Under the pieces are notes generated by a model. It saw only the letters and a program-made list of their open reading frames with translations. It did not search any database and was not told where the DNA came from. Position numbers and translations under genes: made by a program. A stretch of 64,000 bases of DNA, taken from NCBI GenBank assembly GCA_937625935.1, contig OW569389.1, positions 335,694 to 399,693 of the forward strand, written 5' to 3'. Origin of the DNA: Tetramitus jugosus. Its lineage: Eukaryota > Protista > Heterolobosea. This document shows, in pieces, positions 11,188 to 22,660 of this stretch. The first letter of the stretch is position 1; the number at the start of each line of letters is the position of its first letter.

Positions 11188-11813
11188 GTTGTCTTTTTAC
11201 TGATCAATCTTGTCTTTAATCTTTGTGTCTGTGTTGTTGTCGAAGCTTTTTATGATGCCTTTTGACAAAAGTGAAAAATTGCTTTGGCGCCACCAAGTGT
11301 TCGACATGGATGTGAACTTATCCCCTCAAAAGCAATGATGGATGATGTGTCATGTGGGGGCACGGATAACAAAACGTCGCACAGCCCTTGATTTTTTGTG
11401 CTACTTGGGAAAATACTTTTGTGTTCCTTGCATTTACAAAGAAACGGGTCTGACGGATAGTTTTTATTCTGGAGCTCGAAATGTGGTTCTCTCTCTAGCC
11501 TAGTTGAGAAGCACATACAAAACACACAAAAATCTCTTCTTGGTTCGTGTCTTTTCTACACTGGTTCGTGTGAAAACAGAGCACAGAGGAAGCACTCTTT
11601 GTGCACATTTGTTGCTGAGCAGAACAGCACAAAAATGATTGGCAGCACACAAACCCAAAAGAGCTCATCATCACGCTTTGTGTGCATTTGTTGAGCTGAT
11701 GATTGACAGCTCAGCTGCACACAACAAAAATTCATTACATCTGAAGAAGAAAGCTTACACACTCACATTCACATTCATATGAACATGTGTGAAAGCTTCT
11801 GAGACAACATGAC

Positions 11814-12137
11814 TCAAATTTTCATCTTCATGACTGGACCACCAGACTCAAACTCTGATTTCAACTCCGCCAAGGCGGCAAGAATTTGTGTACGATACGA
11901 TTTTTTTTTAATCATCATGACCGTTTTGAGCGCGTTGTCATCCAACTCCAACAATTTCGCACCTGTAATCTGATGCTGAATCAACAATTGAACATTGAGT
12001 TTGGAGAGCGCAGGACATTCATCACCCTTGTAAATGACCCAATGACAAACACATTCGACAGTCCATGTATCAACAGACTTGGTATCGAGTAGTGAGTGGT
12101 CAAAAGTGGAGTCTGAAGCAGATTGTGTAGAGCCCAT
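11814..12137 (-). CDS. Small SAM-domain protein, predicted N-myristoylated (tandem paralog)
   Basis: MGSTQS N terminus; WTVECVCHWV...ITGAKLLELDDNALKTVMMIKKKSYRTQILAALAEL. Confidence 0.85.
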   Translation of the reverse strand: MGSTQSASDSTFDHSLLDTKSVDTWTVECVCHWVIYKGDECPALSKLNVQLLIQHQITGAKLLELDDNALKTVMMIKKKSYRTQILAALAELKSEFESGGPVMKMKI

Positions 12138-12800
12138 ACTTTTTTGTTTTTTGTTGGCCTAAATTTTTCTCTGTTTTTTTTTGTTCCTTGTTTCTCTTGT
12201 TTTGTGCTTCTCGCAGGAACAGTCTTCAACGTGCACATTCGCCCTGATACACGTCAATTTCGAGATGGCGGGAATTTGGCGGCGTAACATCAAAAACAGA
12301 AAATGAGCCTTTGGACTGTGCCAGTGTTGTTTCTGAGTTGTCGAGATAGACTCGGGTCAACAACACTTGGGACATTCCAATCCAGTTGTGTTTTTTTCAC
12401 GTTGTACTTGATGTTCCCTCTTTCTCTGAGAATGTAGAAATTATTGGCCAAACTGAACGAGCTTGGCTGCCAGTCACTCGAAAGTTCGCGCCACGGTCGC
12501 ACAGTTTAGAGGGTGATATTCCTAGCTCGAAAACTCCGACGTTGTCTGTCACCCATCCAACCTTTTTTTAGTTTGATATACCACTCCATGTTCCAAAACC
12601 GCCCAAAAGGTTACAAAAGGGATTCCCTGACTCATCAAAAGCGATGTGACGCATGAGTGAAATTTACTAAAGCAAGTTGGGAGGGGAAAACCGTCCCCTT
12701 AAGTGATTGTGCAAAACCTTCGCACATGGCAACGATTGTTTTTTCCCATCACCAACATCACAACAACGAACACAAGACAAAATATTGAACGATAAATATC

Positions 12801-14738
12801 ATGGCAGCAAAAAAGAAGAAACATTCTGACTCGGATCACCAAAAGTTGGTCAATCCACTATTGAAGGATTATGTTTTCAGTCTACATGGAATTTTATCAC
12901 GTATGTTGTTTTATTGTTCGGCAGCACTGAATCAAAAGTTTTATTGTTGTTGAAGATCTTTGCGTTCGTGTTGTTGTTATTGACATCCAAACTTCTTCTT
13001 CTTTTATTGCCAAAAAAATTCATGGAATGACATCAACAACAACAATGGCGGCAACGAATAATTGATCACCTGAATAATCACAACCATAGACGATGACAGT
13101 AGAGAGTGTTTTCGGAAATTTTTGACCAAGGAGCTAAACATTGAGCCGCTACAATTCTTGGAATCATTGGAAATATTAGAGCGCCTCTGTACTCAACTTC
13201 CAAGCGCCAAGAGCAATACCCCGACAACACCCGTTACGAACGCGGGCTATCTCATCGACAACAATTTCACGAACACTACGGAAGAAAAATCCCATTTGAG
13301 CGAAACGCCCACGCGAGAATCCGTAGCTTTCGCTTCACCACCCTCTTTTCTAGCTCAGCCCGTGAACATCACGAGTCCAACAACCAAAGTTCTTGATCTC
13401 GTCAAAGACATTCTCAATTCCTTTATCAAGTCTGGTTCCAAGAAGGAAATTAATATTTCAGCCAAGGACAAGCAAGATTTGTACACGAGCTTCATTCTTC
13501 CCTCTGTCACTACAAAAGCTTCTGATGGCAATGATCGAAACAATAGCAACAAAAATGTCAAGGATGTTGGCAGTGACGAGATCAATGAGAGCATTGATCT
13601 CATTAAGCTAAGCTCTGGTCGCGTCTCCATTGATGGCATAAGGTTACTCGATCAGTTCAAGAATGTGAGGCTCATTGTTGAGCGTGAAATGACCTGTGAT
13701 GTCTTACCAAGATTTCTGAGATCTGATCTGTGGATGGCGCTCATTGTTACTCATGGTGATTCGCTGATTAAGCGCATTGGCAAACATAGGAAAGCAGTTG
13801 AGATGTCATATGAGGAAGCTGATTTTGTGAATCATTTGGTAGAAGAGAGAGATGTTGAGTTCTTGAGAGAGTTGGCTGAGGACAGTTACGATTGGAAGCT
13901 CATTGGTTTTGATCCCACACAAAAAATTATGGCCTTCCGATCCAAGCACATTCTAAACTATTTCCCTGATGTTTCTTGGTTAAGTAATGGAGGTGCTTGC
14001 TCAAAGTACGTTGGTATATTGGACTTTCCGTTTGAAACGTGTGTCCATTACTTGATGCATGCAAAGTATGTGTCTCAATTCGATGGCAATGTTACGCATC
14101 AAGAAACGCTCGAATACTACACGTATGAGCAACTCCTTGAAAAGTATCCAGGCAAGGACGTAGGAAAAACTCATCGGACGTGTGCAGTCATGAACTATGA
14201 TCTCAAGTTTCCATTCCCTCTGGCACCTAGAGTATACACTGTGGCAACAAGTGGAATGTACGATGAAGAAAAGAAGGAGGTGATTGCAATTTCAAAGCCA
14301 TGTTATCATCCATCGCTTGACTCTGTCAACAAGAAAAAAGTTTGTCTTTTCAAGGATCTCCAGTTGTATACATTGAAGAAGCTAGATGATCAGAGAACTC
14401 TTTACTTCCAGATCCATATCACCAACATGGGAAGTGTGCTAGGTAATAAGTTGAGTCAGCTTGTCATGTTCCATCGAGGCAAACAACTAAGTTCAAACAT
14501 TACCAAGTTCCTAAAGAGCAGGAAAGACAAGGAAGTGCCTCCACATGATCCCAACGACGGTCTCATGAAACCATACCTGGATCATAGGGAATACCTCGAA
14601 CAATTGAAGCAGGAACAAGAGTTGTCTGAGAATACGGCGTCTTCGGCCGGTCACCCCAACGATGAGGAGCAAACAGCAAACGGGGATATGACCCTAGGAA
14701 CGCCCGCTGATCCAGTCCCATTACTTCCGTCTACATAA
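12801..14738 (+). CDS. RGS-domain plus START-like-domain protein (exons 12801-12900, 13090-14738)
   Basis: The GTATGT..TAG intron at 12901-13089 restores the RGS start FRKFLTKELNIEPLQFLE. Further RGS motifs: FIKSGSKKEINIS and DVLPRFLRSDLW. The C-terminal half has START-like motifs (KFPFPLAPRVY, LKKLDDQRTLYFQI). Confidence 0.8.
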
Positions 14739-14750
14739 ACAACTTTTCAT

Positions 14751-15293
14751 TTATTTTCTTTTCAGTTCTTGACCAGCAACAAGCTCGTACTGATGAATGA
14801 CATTACCGACAGCCTTTGGAATGTAAATGACGAGCATGTAGAAGATCAAACTGTTCATGAACCACCAACCAAGGGCAGCAACAGAGACAAATCGCAGAGG
14901 GGACTTTGGCCAAATTTGCATCCAATGACCCAACAAAAAAGGAGCCAAAAATCCAAACAACCACTCAGAGGCCCATCCAACAACCGTAGTCACTGCAATT
15001 CTCTTCCAGAAGCCAACACATCTTGGAATGAACACCCAGTAGTACAATGACCAGAAAACAACAACACAGGTCAGCCATGACAACAAGCTCTGGAAATAAA
15101 AGTAGTAGTATGGAGAGGCTGGATAGTACCATCCATATTCACCAGTCACAAACTTTGTAAACTTGTTTTGACCTAGCTCAACGAACCAGAAGACAAAAGG
15201 CAAGTAAAAAGTTTGAATGAGAAGGGTGATGAGAAAAGTTTTAACTGGAGGGAACTTTGTCCAAAAATTGGTAGAAGCTTGAGCCATGATCAA
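14751..15293 (-). CDS. Multi-pass membrane protein, unknown function
   Basis: 180-aa aromatic-rich ORF with about 4 TM segments. Confidence 0.7.
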   Translation of the reverse strand: MIMAQASTNFWTKFPPVKTFLITLLIQTFYLPFVFWFVELGQNKFTKFVTGEYGWYYPASPYYYFYFQSLLSWLTCVVVFWSLYYWVFIPRCVGFWKRIAVTTVVGWASEWLFGFLAPFLLGHWMQIWPKSPLRFVSVAALGWWFMNSLIFYMLVIYIPKAVGNVIHQYELVAGQELKRK

Positions 15294-15586
15294 GTGACAC
15301 TATATTATAACGTTCAGATTTTGTTTTGTTTTTTGTTGAATGGAATTTAAGGGTCAACCCCACAAGTGGATTGACAAGCAGCAGTCCAACTGTCAAAAAC
15401 AGTTAAAATTTTGTGTGGAAAAGGAATGGATGAAAGAGGACGAGAGAGGAACTTGCAGTTCCAGTAATTACTACGAAGAAACTGAAACACAGCAAACAGT
15501 CATGTACAAACCACCAAATCCATGCAGTTCAACGGAGTACAGAACGGGGAAACGAGTTCCTTCCGCCAAAAAATTTCACACAAATC

Positions 15587-16948
15587 ATGACATTACAGTT
15601 GGCGCTCACCAGATTGCGCTACAATGGCGGATCGATCATTAGAAGAACCCCCATGAAAGTAATTTCAAGTCAGAAGCTAATCACTAACTGCACCGTTGCT
15701 CCATTGCTGCATAACTTTTTTCATCAAAAAACATGTCAATTTCATCGCATATCTTTTTGGCGGGCAAATGATCGATCCACAAACTACAGTTGCTCGAGTG
15801 CAACTGAAAATGAACCATCCATACAAACGGAAAAGGATGAAGAAGCTCTGTTGATAAACCAACAACAAAAGCTTTCTCAGGAAGAACCAACTCAAGATCA
15901 CCAAACTCAACAAGCACATCACAAGGAGCCCAAACAACGTTACAGAATCACTGTCCAATACGATGGCTATTCGTTCAGTGGTTGGCAACGACAAGACAAG
16001 CAAGAAAACACAAAAACTGTTCAGCAATTACTAGAGAGAGCCCTCTCTTCATTTGCTCAGTCATTGTGCAAGAAAAAGGACGTTTACATTACTGCTCACA
16101 CGAGCTCAAGGACAGATGCAGGTGTTCATGCCATTATGAGCACTGCTCACTTTGATCTAAAGCTCAGTCAAGCTAAAAATTCTAGCAAGTTTCCTAGTGA
16201 AGAAACTGTGCTCAAAGGATTGAATACTCACCTTACAAAGGCTCACTTGTCTGTGACTTCTGTTCGAAAGGTCGATTCTTCATACTTTGCTCGCTATGCC
16301 GCCAAAAAACGAATTTACGTTTACAAAATTGTTTTGGTGCCCAATGAACATATCAATGTATCATTGCCGTTGCTTCAACGGTATGCATGGTTCTTGAACG
16401 TGGCAGAGTTTGTGAAACGGAACAGTAACAAACTGAAATCTGATCAGCAACTAACGGGAGCATCATCGGAAGAGCAAACAACTACCACTCGTCCAGAGAT
16501 GACACTGGACTTGGATCGTATGAAACAAGTGGCTGCCTTCATGTCTGGCAAGGAGTTGGACTGGCAAGCCTTGAGCACACCTGGTGATGTGAGTCGAAAT
16601 CGAGGAAAACCGATCAATACCATTCGTCGTATTGACTCGATTGATATTGTGCATCAAAAAGCAACACCTCAATCTTCGCTACACACATTCACAAGTGATC
16701 CCTTCAGTTTCTTCAATCCGTCCTATGACTCTATCACTGTCACAATTACTGCCCAGAGTTTTCTATATCATCAAATACGGTACATGATGCATGCTATGGT
16801 GTCTGTTGCAAGTGGTGTATCGTCACTGGAGGATATCGAACAATTGTTTCGCGAAGCGAAACCTCCATCAGATAAGCTCGGTCTCGCTCCTCCACATGGA
16901 CTATTCTTGGCAGCTGTACTGGATCAGTATTCACACTCGATTCATTGA
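15587..16948 (+). CDS. truA: tRNA pseudouridine synthase, TruA family (likely organelle-targeted)
   Basis: YDGYSFSGWQRQ, catalytic SRTDAGVHA, SFLYHQIRYM and APPHGLFL motifs; basic N-terminal extension. Confidence 0.92.
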   Translation: MTLQLALTRLRYNGGSIIRRTPMKVISSQKLITNCTVAPLLHNFFHQKTCQFHRISFWRANDRSTNYSCSSATENEPSIQTEKDEEALLINQQQKLSQEEPTQDHQTQQAHHKEPKQRYRITVQYDGYSFSGWQRQDKQENTKTVQQLLERALSSFAQSLCKKKDVYITAHTSSRTDAGVHAIMSTAHFDLKLSQAKNSSKFPSEETVLKGLNTHLTKAHLSVTSVRKVDSSYFARYAAKKRIYVYKIVLVPNEHINVSLPLLQRYAWFLNVAEFVKRNSNKLKSDQQLTGASSEEQTTTTRPEMTLDLDRMKQVAAFMSGKELDWQALSTPGDVSRNRGKPINTIRRIDSIDIVHQKATPQSSLHTFTSDPFSFFNPSYDSITVTITAQSFLYHQIRYMMHAMVSVASGVSSLEDIEQLFREAKPPSDKLGLAPPHGLFLAAVLDQYSHSIH

Positions 16949-17731
16949 TAGTTTATTGAATTCAAGGAGCTCGAGATATAAACGAGCCAGTTGAAAGATA
17001 TTATCATTTGATGACTCAAATTGTTCTCTCCGCTCATTACACTCCTTCTCTTTCTCTCTTGCTTCTCTATACTTGATGTTTAGCTGTGCCAATTGTTCAG
17101 AAATGACCTCACTTAGGATACTTTTAGTCTTAGATGCATGCTCACCACCCTCTGAGGAAGACAGAATACCAGCAAACAAGGATTCCCTCCTTGACACACT
17201 CGATGGAATTGTTTCAGTTCCTCCCTTCACGGACGGTTCTTCTAAACTCTCGAAGTTTTGAGGCAATTGAGTCAAGAGTCGATACTGAGCTTGGATGGCC
17301 TCTATACTTCTCTCACAAGCATCACATTCCTTGTCGATTGATTCCAACGATTGTAACACATGACTCGTAATCTCTGGAAAGAAGTCACTTTTTTCAATCA
17401 TTGAAACACTTTTCGTGACCAATTCAAAGACTTCTGAGCGCCTCGATCCTAGTTGAGTCAGATCTAATTGTTCAAGTTCCTTCACTATATTGCCTACTCG
17501 GATCAATAATTGTTTATACTCATATTGATCTACTAACCGTTGCTTCTCTTGTTGCAACCATTCCTTGTCTCTGTATTGGCCCATCAATTGCTCTCTGTAC
17601 TTTTGTAAACCCTCTTTTACAATGTATGTTTCTCCGAGTATGCGAGGACAAATTTTTGTCTCTCCTTTTTTATCTCCTTCATTATGTTCTACTTGGAGAG
17701 GAGTTTGATCGTCTTTAATCTTGGTTGACAT
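16931..17731 (-). CDS. Coiled-coil protein, unknown function
   Basis: 266-aa E/K/Q/L-rich ORF; its 3' end overlaps TruA by 18 nt. Confidence 0.7.
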   Translation of the reverse strand: MSTKIKDDQTPLQVEHNEGDKKGETKICPRILGETYIVKEGLQKYREQLMGQYRDKEWLQQEKQRLVDQYEYKQLLIRVGNIVKELEQLDLTQLGSRRSEVFELVTKSVSMIEKSDFFPEITSHVLQSLESIDKECDACERSIEAIQAQYRLLTQLPQNFESLEEPSVKGGTETIPSSVSRRESLFAGILSSSEGGEHASKTKSILSEVISEQLAQLNIKYREAREKEKECNERREQFESSNDNIFQLARLYLELLEFNKLSMNRV

Positions 17732-17951
17732 CTTCTATTGATTGTGTTTTTCTTTTCAAAGTTTAGTTTATTTCTCCTCTAAAAAGTTATTGAGTCCAAA
17801 CCAAATACAACCCAAACGACTGGCCGTGGTTTCAAGGAAGTCCTCACATTGTCCAGATTTTGAATCAAATGCCAACTGGGAGCAGATATACCAAGAATTT
17901 AGTTCACATTATTGTCATCATTAGATCACAAACTACATGAATTTCTTCACA

Positions 17952-19718
17952 TCAACCAAACCATGATGGAGGACATCCAATCTCCTTGAGCCATCTCTGC
18001 CAATGAAAATCTGGCTCACTACTCTTTTGTTGATAGCATATACATTTGCCAATTTGTGATCCCATGCGCTGAACGACCCATGGTGCATTGCTGGCCCTTC
18101 CATGTCCAACATTACCAAACGTTGACATTTTAGACACGACTTGAGCGTGAGAATAGGACAAGAGCATAATATCAACCAGTGCGTTCTGCACGGCAACTAC
18201 ACTCCGAGAGAATGTGAGTTCCTGAGGATAACTAATTGCAACACCATCAGGGAACCGTTCCTTTGTGTTTTGAATCGTGGTTGCATTGTCTGACATGACC
18301 AACACACGATATCCATCAATCCAACTCGCCACAACACTGTTTGCGCAATCCCAAAAGAATTTTTCTTCAGATTCGACAAACCATTTGATGGATCGCTCCT
18401 TTTCATTTCTTCGAATCTGAAGTCCAACCATTTTGTAACGTCCTTTGTAATCCGGACTCAATGGAAGTTCAGCTCTCAGATGGCTAGGCACGAGAATATC
18501 ATTCTGTTGAATGAAATCTGCCGTTTTTTGAGCAATGTGTGGCAATGGTTGGAACAAGAATCGACTCACGACACCATAGGCATCGCCTTCTGGGAACATG
18601 ATGTGCTCCAATTCGTTCATGAACGAATTTTCACGAATCAAATTTGTAAAGTATTGATTACTTCTGAATTCGCTCCATCCGTGTAGCTCTCGCGCCAAAT
18701 TGAGACATTTCAAGTATTGGAAAGCAGGAATGGATTGGTCTTTGCGATGAGTGAGCTCATATGACTTTCGATAGTGTCTCACATTATCACCACGTGTCTT
18801 TGGATTTGGTGTGCACATTTGAAGTGAGGGATGATTGGCATAGAATGACATGTAGCTCCACTCCATGCTCTTTCCGTTAATGGACGGATTCGTGAATAGC
18901 TGATGAGCACCAGCGTTACAATAGTAGTGACCTTGCCAATTATGCATAAAAACATTGCCACTCATGAGAGCTACAATAAAGCTACTTGCTACACCAATCA
19001 TGACATTGGCCAATCCACTGCTTTCCCATGGTCTAAACACAATGACGTCTCCAAATGGAACCAACGCAGCAGCAGCTGCAGCAGCAGTTGAATCAGCAGC
19101 AGCGGTAGTAGGAGAGGCCGTTGACGGTGCAGTCACAACAGAAGCTTTTTCAGGTAGTGTATTAGCAGGAAGACGACGACTCGTCTCTTCTTTATCTTGA
19201 TAAACCACCTTGTTGCTATCGTGGATGATAGAGTTAGGATTATGGCAACCAATGGCTTGAATCTTGCTCAATTGCTCCGTATGCCACTCTGCATAATCTT
19301 CCAACAAATCAGACATATTCAACGATTGAGACCAACGATCAAAGTACCAAGGGATCGCGTCTTTTGGCGCCATCATTCCTCCCTCGGGCGCCAACTGCTT
19401 CGGAGAATGAGTAATAAAGAGCCGCTGTAAAAGTTCCCGCGTTTTTTTCTTTGCCGTTTCCTTGTCAGCCAAATGTTCGAAAGAGGGTTTGTGCGAGTTT
19501 GTGCGATTACGGTGGTGAATGAACGGCAGCAACACCAAGAGAAGCAACGAAACAAAAGCAACAAGTAACAGGAAAAGAGTCAATCCATTTTTTCGCAACT
19601 GAAAATGAGTGAGTGAAGCTCTTTTTCTCATCCAAAACCGCGAAAGCAGTAGTTTTATGGTTGAGAAGGAAGAGTGATGTTGTTGTTTCTTATCAGCAGC
19701 ATTCATCATCATTGTCAT
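17952..19718 (-). CDS. Type II membrane fucosyltransferase, GT37 (xyloglucan FucT)-like
   Basis: N-terminal TM anchor; SGLANVMIGVASSFIVAL, VGLQIRR and ALVDIMLLSYSHAQVVSKMSTFGNVGHG match alpha-1,2/O-fucosyltransferase motifs. Confidence 0.8.
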   Translation of the reverse strand: MTMMMNAADKKQQHHSSFSTIKLLLSRFWMRKRASLTHFQLRKNGLTLFLLLVAFVSLLLLVLLPFIHHRNRTNSHKPSFEHLADKETAKKKTRELLQRLFITHSPKQLAPEGGMMAPKDAIPWYFDRWSQSLNMSDLLEDYAEWHTEQLSKIQAIGCHNPNSIIHDSNKVVYQDKEETSRRLPANTLPEKASVVTAPSTASPTTAAADSTAAAAAAALVPFGDVIVFRPWESSGLANVMIGVASSFIVALMSGNVFMHNWQGHYYCNAGAHQLFTNPSINGKSMEWSYMSFYANHPSLQMCTPNPKTRGDNVRHYRKSYELTHRKDQSIPAFQYLKCLNLARELHGWSEFRSNQYFTNLIRENSFMNELEHIMFPEGDAYGVVSRFLFQPLPHIAQKTADFIQQNDILVPSHLRAELPLSPDYKGRYKMVGLQIRRNEKERSIKWFVESEEKFFWDCANSVVASWIDGYRVLVMSDNATTIQNTKERFPDGVAISYPQELTFSRSVVAVQNALVDIMLLSYSHAQVVSKMSTFGNVGHGRASNAPWVVQRMGSQIGKCICYQQKSSEPDFHWQRWLKEIGCPPSWFG

Positions 19719-20024
19719 ATCTTGTTTTTTTGTTTTTCTGGCTCACAACCTTTTGTCATACCCCAAAATGAAGAATTTCAATGGAGGTTGTTGGTTATTT
19801 TGATCACACAGGGAACATGCAAGATTGCGCGTTCTGCTTTTTGTGTTTGATGGGTCAAAAGGCGGATTTAGATCATGGTTCACTTCCTTGTGATTGAGGT
19901 TAACGCCGCGAAATAAACTCATCGATCCAACCCCGAATTTTTTCACTTTCTGAACCGCTTGTTGTAGTACTTCAAACGTGGTTTTACAAACGACACCACC
20001 ACCATAAACAAAACCAATAATACA

Positions 20025-20906
20025 ATGACCCTGTCATATCGTGACATTCGTGAAGCCGTCGAGCAAAAAGTTCGCAGAGCAACGGTTGATGTATTGGTCA
20101 GCTACCTCCTTAGCCATTCGGTTCATCTCGGGGGTCATGAGCAACCGAAACACTTTCTTCGGCGTACAGTGTATCTACAACTGTACAAGGATGCGTACCA
20201 TATTGGTTTCTCCGAGCTATCGAAGGCAACAAAAGGTTGGTACAAGGTCAACCATAAAACTCTTGACAGAAACATCAAAAATGTAAGAAAAGGACTGAAC
20301 ACCTGGGGTAGGAGTCAAGTCACTCCTGGGACTACTGCTGACTGGGAAAAAGCAACAAAGGAAGTCGAAATTCCGAGAGCCGTCGGAGAGACCACTCTTT
20401 GGATCGCTTCAACAGATTGTCAAATTGAGAGAAGAGGAGAGGCACTCAAGAGGCATCCCTTGTATAGTGGTAAACTAAAGAAGGTAGCTCTGCGAAGAAT
20501 GGTCATCACTGATGGCAGACGGAGAATTCGATTCTTCTCGGATGGATACACACCAAAGCTGTATGATTCACACTGGGCGAAGATAAACAAGAGAATTCTT
20601 GATGAAAGCTTCAGTGGTGGTGTGTTTATTGGTGACACAGACTTCCAAAGTTTCGAACATGAGACCGGATTGAAGTGCTACACACCAATCACGATTCCTG
20701 TTGGTCGCACTAAGAAGGGCAATCCCCTCAGTCAAGGTCAAGAAGAATATAATGCCAAACAGAGAAGTGTGAGAGCCATTTGTGAAGCCACCTTGGGGGA
20801 AATTAAAACAAAGTTCAAGAGTCTCACCACAGCATGGGCTGAAAGTGAACACCAACAAGATTACCTGTTTTCCATTGCTTGTGGAATACACAACGTTGAG
20901 CTCTAA
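20025..20906 (+). mobile_element. PIF/Harbinger/ISL2EU-type DDE transposase-like ORF (DDE_Tnp_4), first catalytic Asp apparently replaced
   Basis: WIASTD (expected xDxTD), YSGK, GYTPKLYDS, FIGDTDF and YNAKQRSVRAICEATLGEIKTKFKSL motifs; no TIRs found by eye. Confidence 0.75.
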
Positions 20907-21188
20907 AGGGAAGCTCAGTTGTTGTTGTTGTATGAAAAGAATTGCAAAGATGTTTTATCCCTCATTGCCCAAATTCAAATCTACAATAAACTGTTTCTTG
21001 GGGACTGTTGGAAAAGAATTCCCTGATTGCAGGATGAACCACAGTAGCAATTTTGTAAAAATGTAATAGTTTTTTATCAATATTGTTATTGTTGAAATGG
21101 AAGGAAATTTGATAATTTGATGATTGATTCATACATGGATAAGCAATAAATGTGTAACGAGACAAACAAGGCAAACAAGCAAGCACAT

Positions 21189-22660
21189 TTAAACGGTCCA
21201 AACACGCAAAGTAGTATCCCAAGAGGCAGAAACAAGAGCACAGCCGTTAGGACTGACCTGTACATGACTGACACTATTCTCGTGACCCACCAAAGTCTTC
21301 ACAGGCTTTGCAGTCATCGTATCCCAAGCAATAATCTTCTTGTCCTCATACGAAGTAAACATCATTCGTCCACTCTTACTAAAGCTCAAACTGGTCACAG
21401 GTTCCTTGACGAGCGTATCATCCTCAAACGTAGTCAACGTCTGATTCGCTCTCATATCAAACAAGCTACAAGTCTGATCCTCACTACCCGTTCCAATCAA
21501 CAATCCATTAGGGAAGAATCGAACCGAGTTGACATCACTCGTATGATGACCCGTAATGGTCTGAACACATTTTCCACTACGAATATCCCACACTTTTGCA
21601 CTCTTGTCGCAACTACCAGAAACAAGCATGTTGTGATCCGGAGAAATATTCACATTCATCACATCACCCAAATGACCTGTAAATTTGGTCAGGACTTGAC
21701 CCATTTCGATATCCCAATGCATACAACTCTGATCACCAGACGATGTAATAATATGACGATCACTAATAAACTCGCAATCACTCAAATAACCATTGTGAGC
21801 CACCAGTGATTTACTGACCTTGATATCAGACATGTCATTGAGTGCAGCAGCACTGTGAGCTACAGATGTATGATTACTATTGTTGTTCATCATTGAATTT
21901 TGAACATTGTTATTATTATTGTTGTTATTATTATTATTATTGCTATTGTTGTTATTGTTATTATTCATGTTATGGTTACTACTGTTGATATTGTTGTTAC
22001 TAGTGTTACCTCCAGTGCCAATCGTACTTGCCAAATTGTTAATATTAAAAATGCTGCACGTGTTGTCCAATCCACCACATGCTACCATGTTACCTGATGG
22101 TGCAAACGCACATGTCATGATCCAGTTACTGGTCAGTGGAATAGAGTGAATCTTGTATGTGGTTTTTGCGTTCCAGACAATCATACGACCGTCTTGACTG
22201 GCAGAGACGAGATGAGTGTTGTCTGCACACCAATCCACACAGTAAATTTTACTCAAGTGACCCTTGAGAACGCTCTTGCATCTCATATTGTGCAAATTCA
22301 ATGGTTTGCTACTAGTAAAGTCTTGCACTGTGTATTTTTGTATGATAAAATTTGTATGTCATCGTTGGTTAGTTGATGATGAATAGAGGAGAAAAGAATT
22401 TTTTTTTGTATGTTAGCTTTTTTGACATTTCAACGTCGAAAAAAAAGCAATGTAGCTTTGTAGCTATGTAGATGATAGTGAGAGAGATACGTACAGCTTG
22501 CATCATTGTTTGCTTGCTTTGCTTTTTCAATTTGGTCCTTCAATGCCTTGGCATCTTTTTTTGCTTGGTCAATTGCTTGTGGCAATTCGTTTGGACTAAT
22601 TTTTCTCACTTGTTCTTCGACGGACTCTGAGACAACGATTCCTCGCTTGGCACTTGACAT
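21189..22660 (-). CDS. GNB: Heterotrimeric G-protein beta subunit (exons 22660-22495, 22327-21189)
   Basis: N-terminal coiled coil, LKGHLSKIY, VSASQDGRMIVWN, ACGGLDN and WD40 repeats ending SASWDTTLRVW. The intron at 22494-22328 is in frame. Confidence 0.95.

Noticed and set aside
10600-11745. TGATGA...CTGA pairs suggesting box C/D snoRNAs
   Set aside because: The spacing is too short, there are no terminal stems, and no rRNA guide is recognisable.
9485-12259. Shared ACACGTCAATT 11-mer upstream of two minus-strand genes
   Set aside because: Only two instances; this cannot be distinguished from chance without genome-wide statistics.
19850-21060. TIRs around the Harbinger-like ORF
   Set aside because: Only a 7-bp inverted match (TGGTTCA/TGAACCA) was found, which is not significant.
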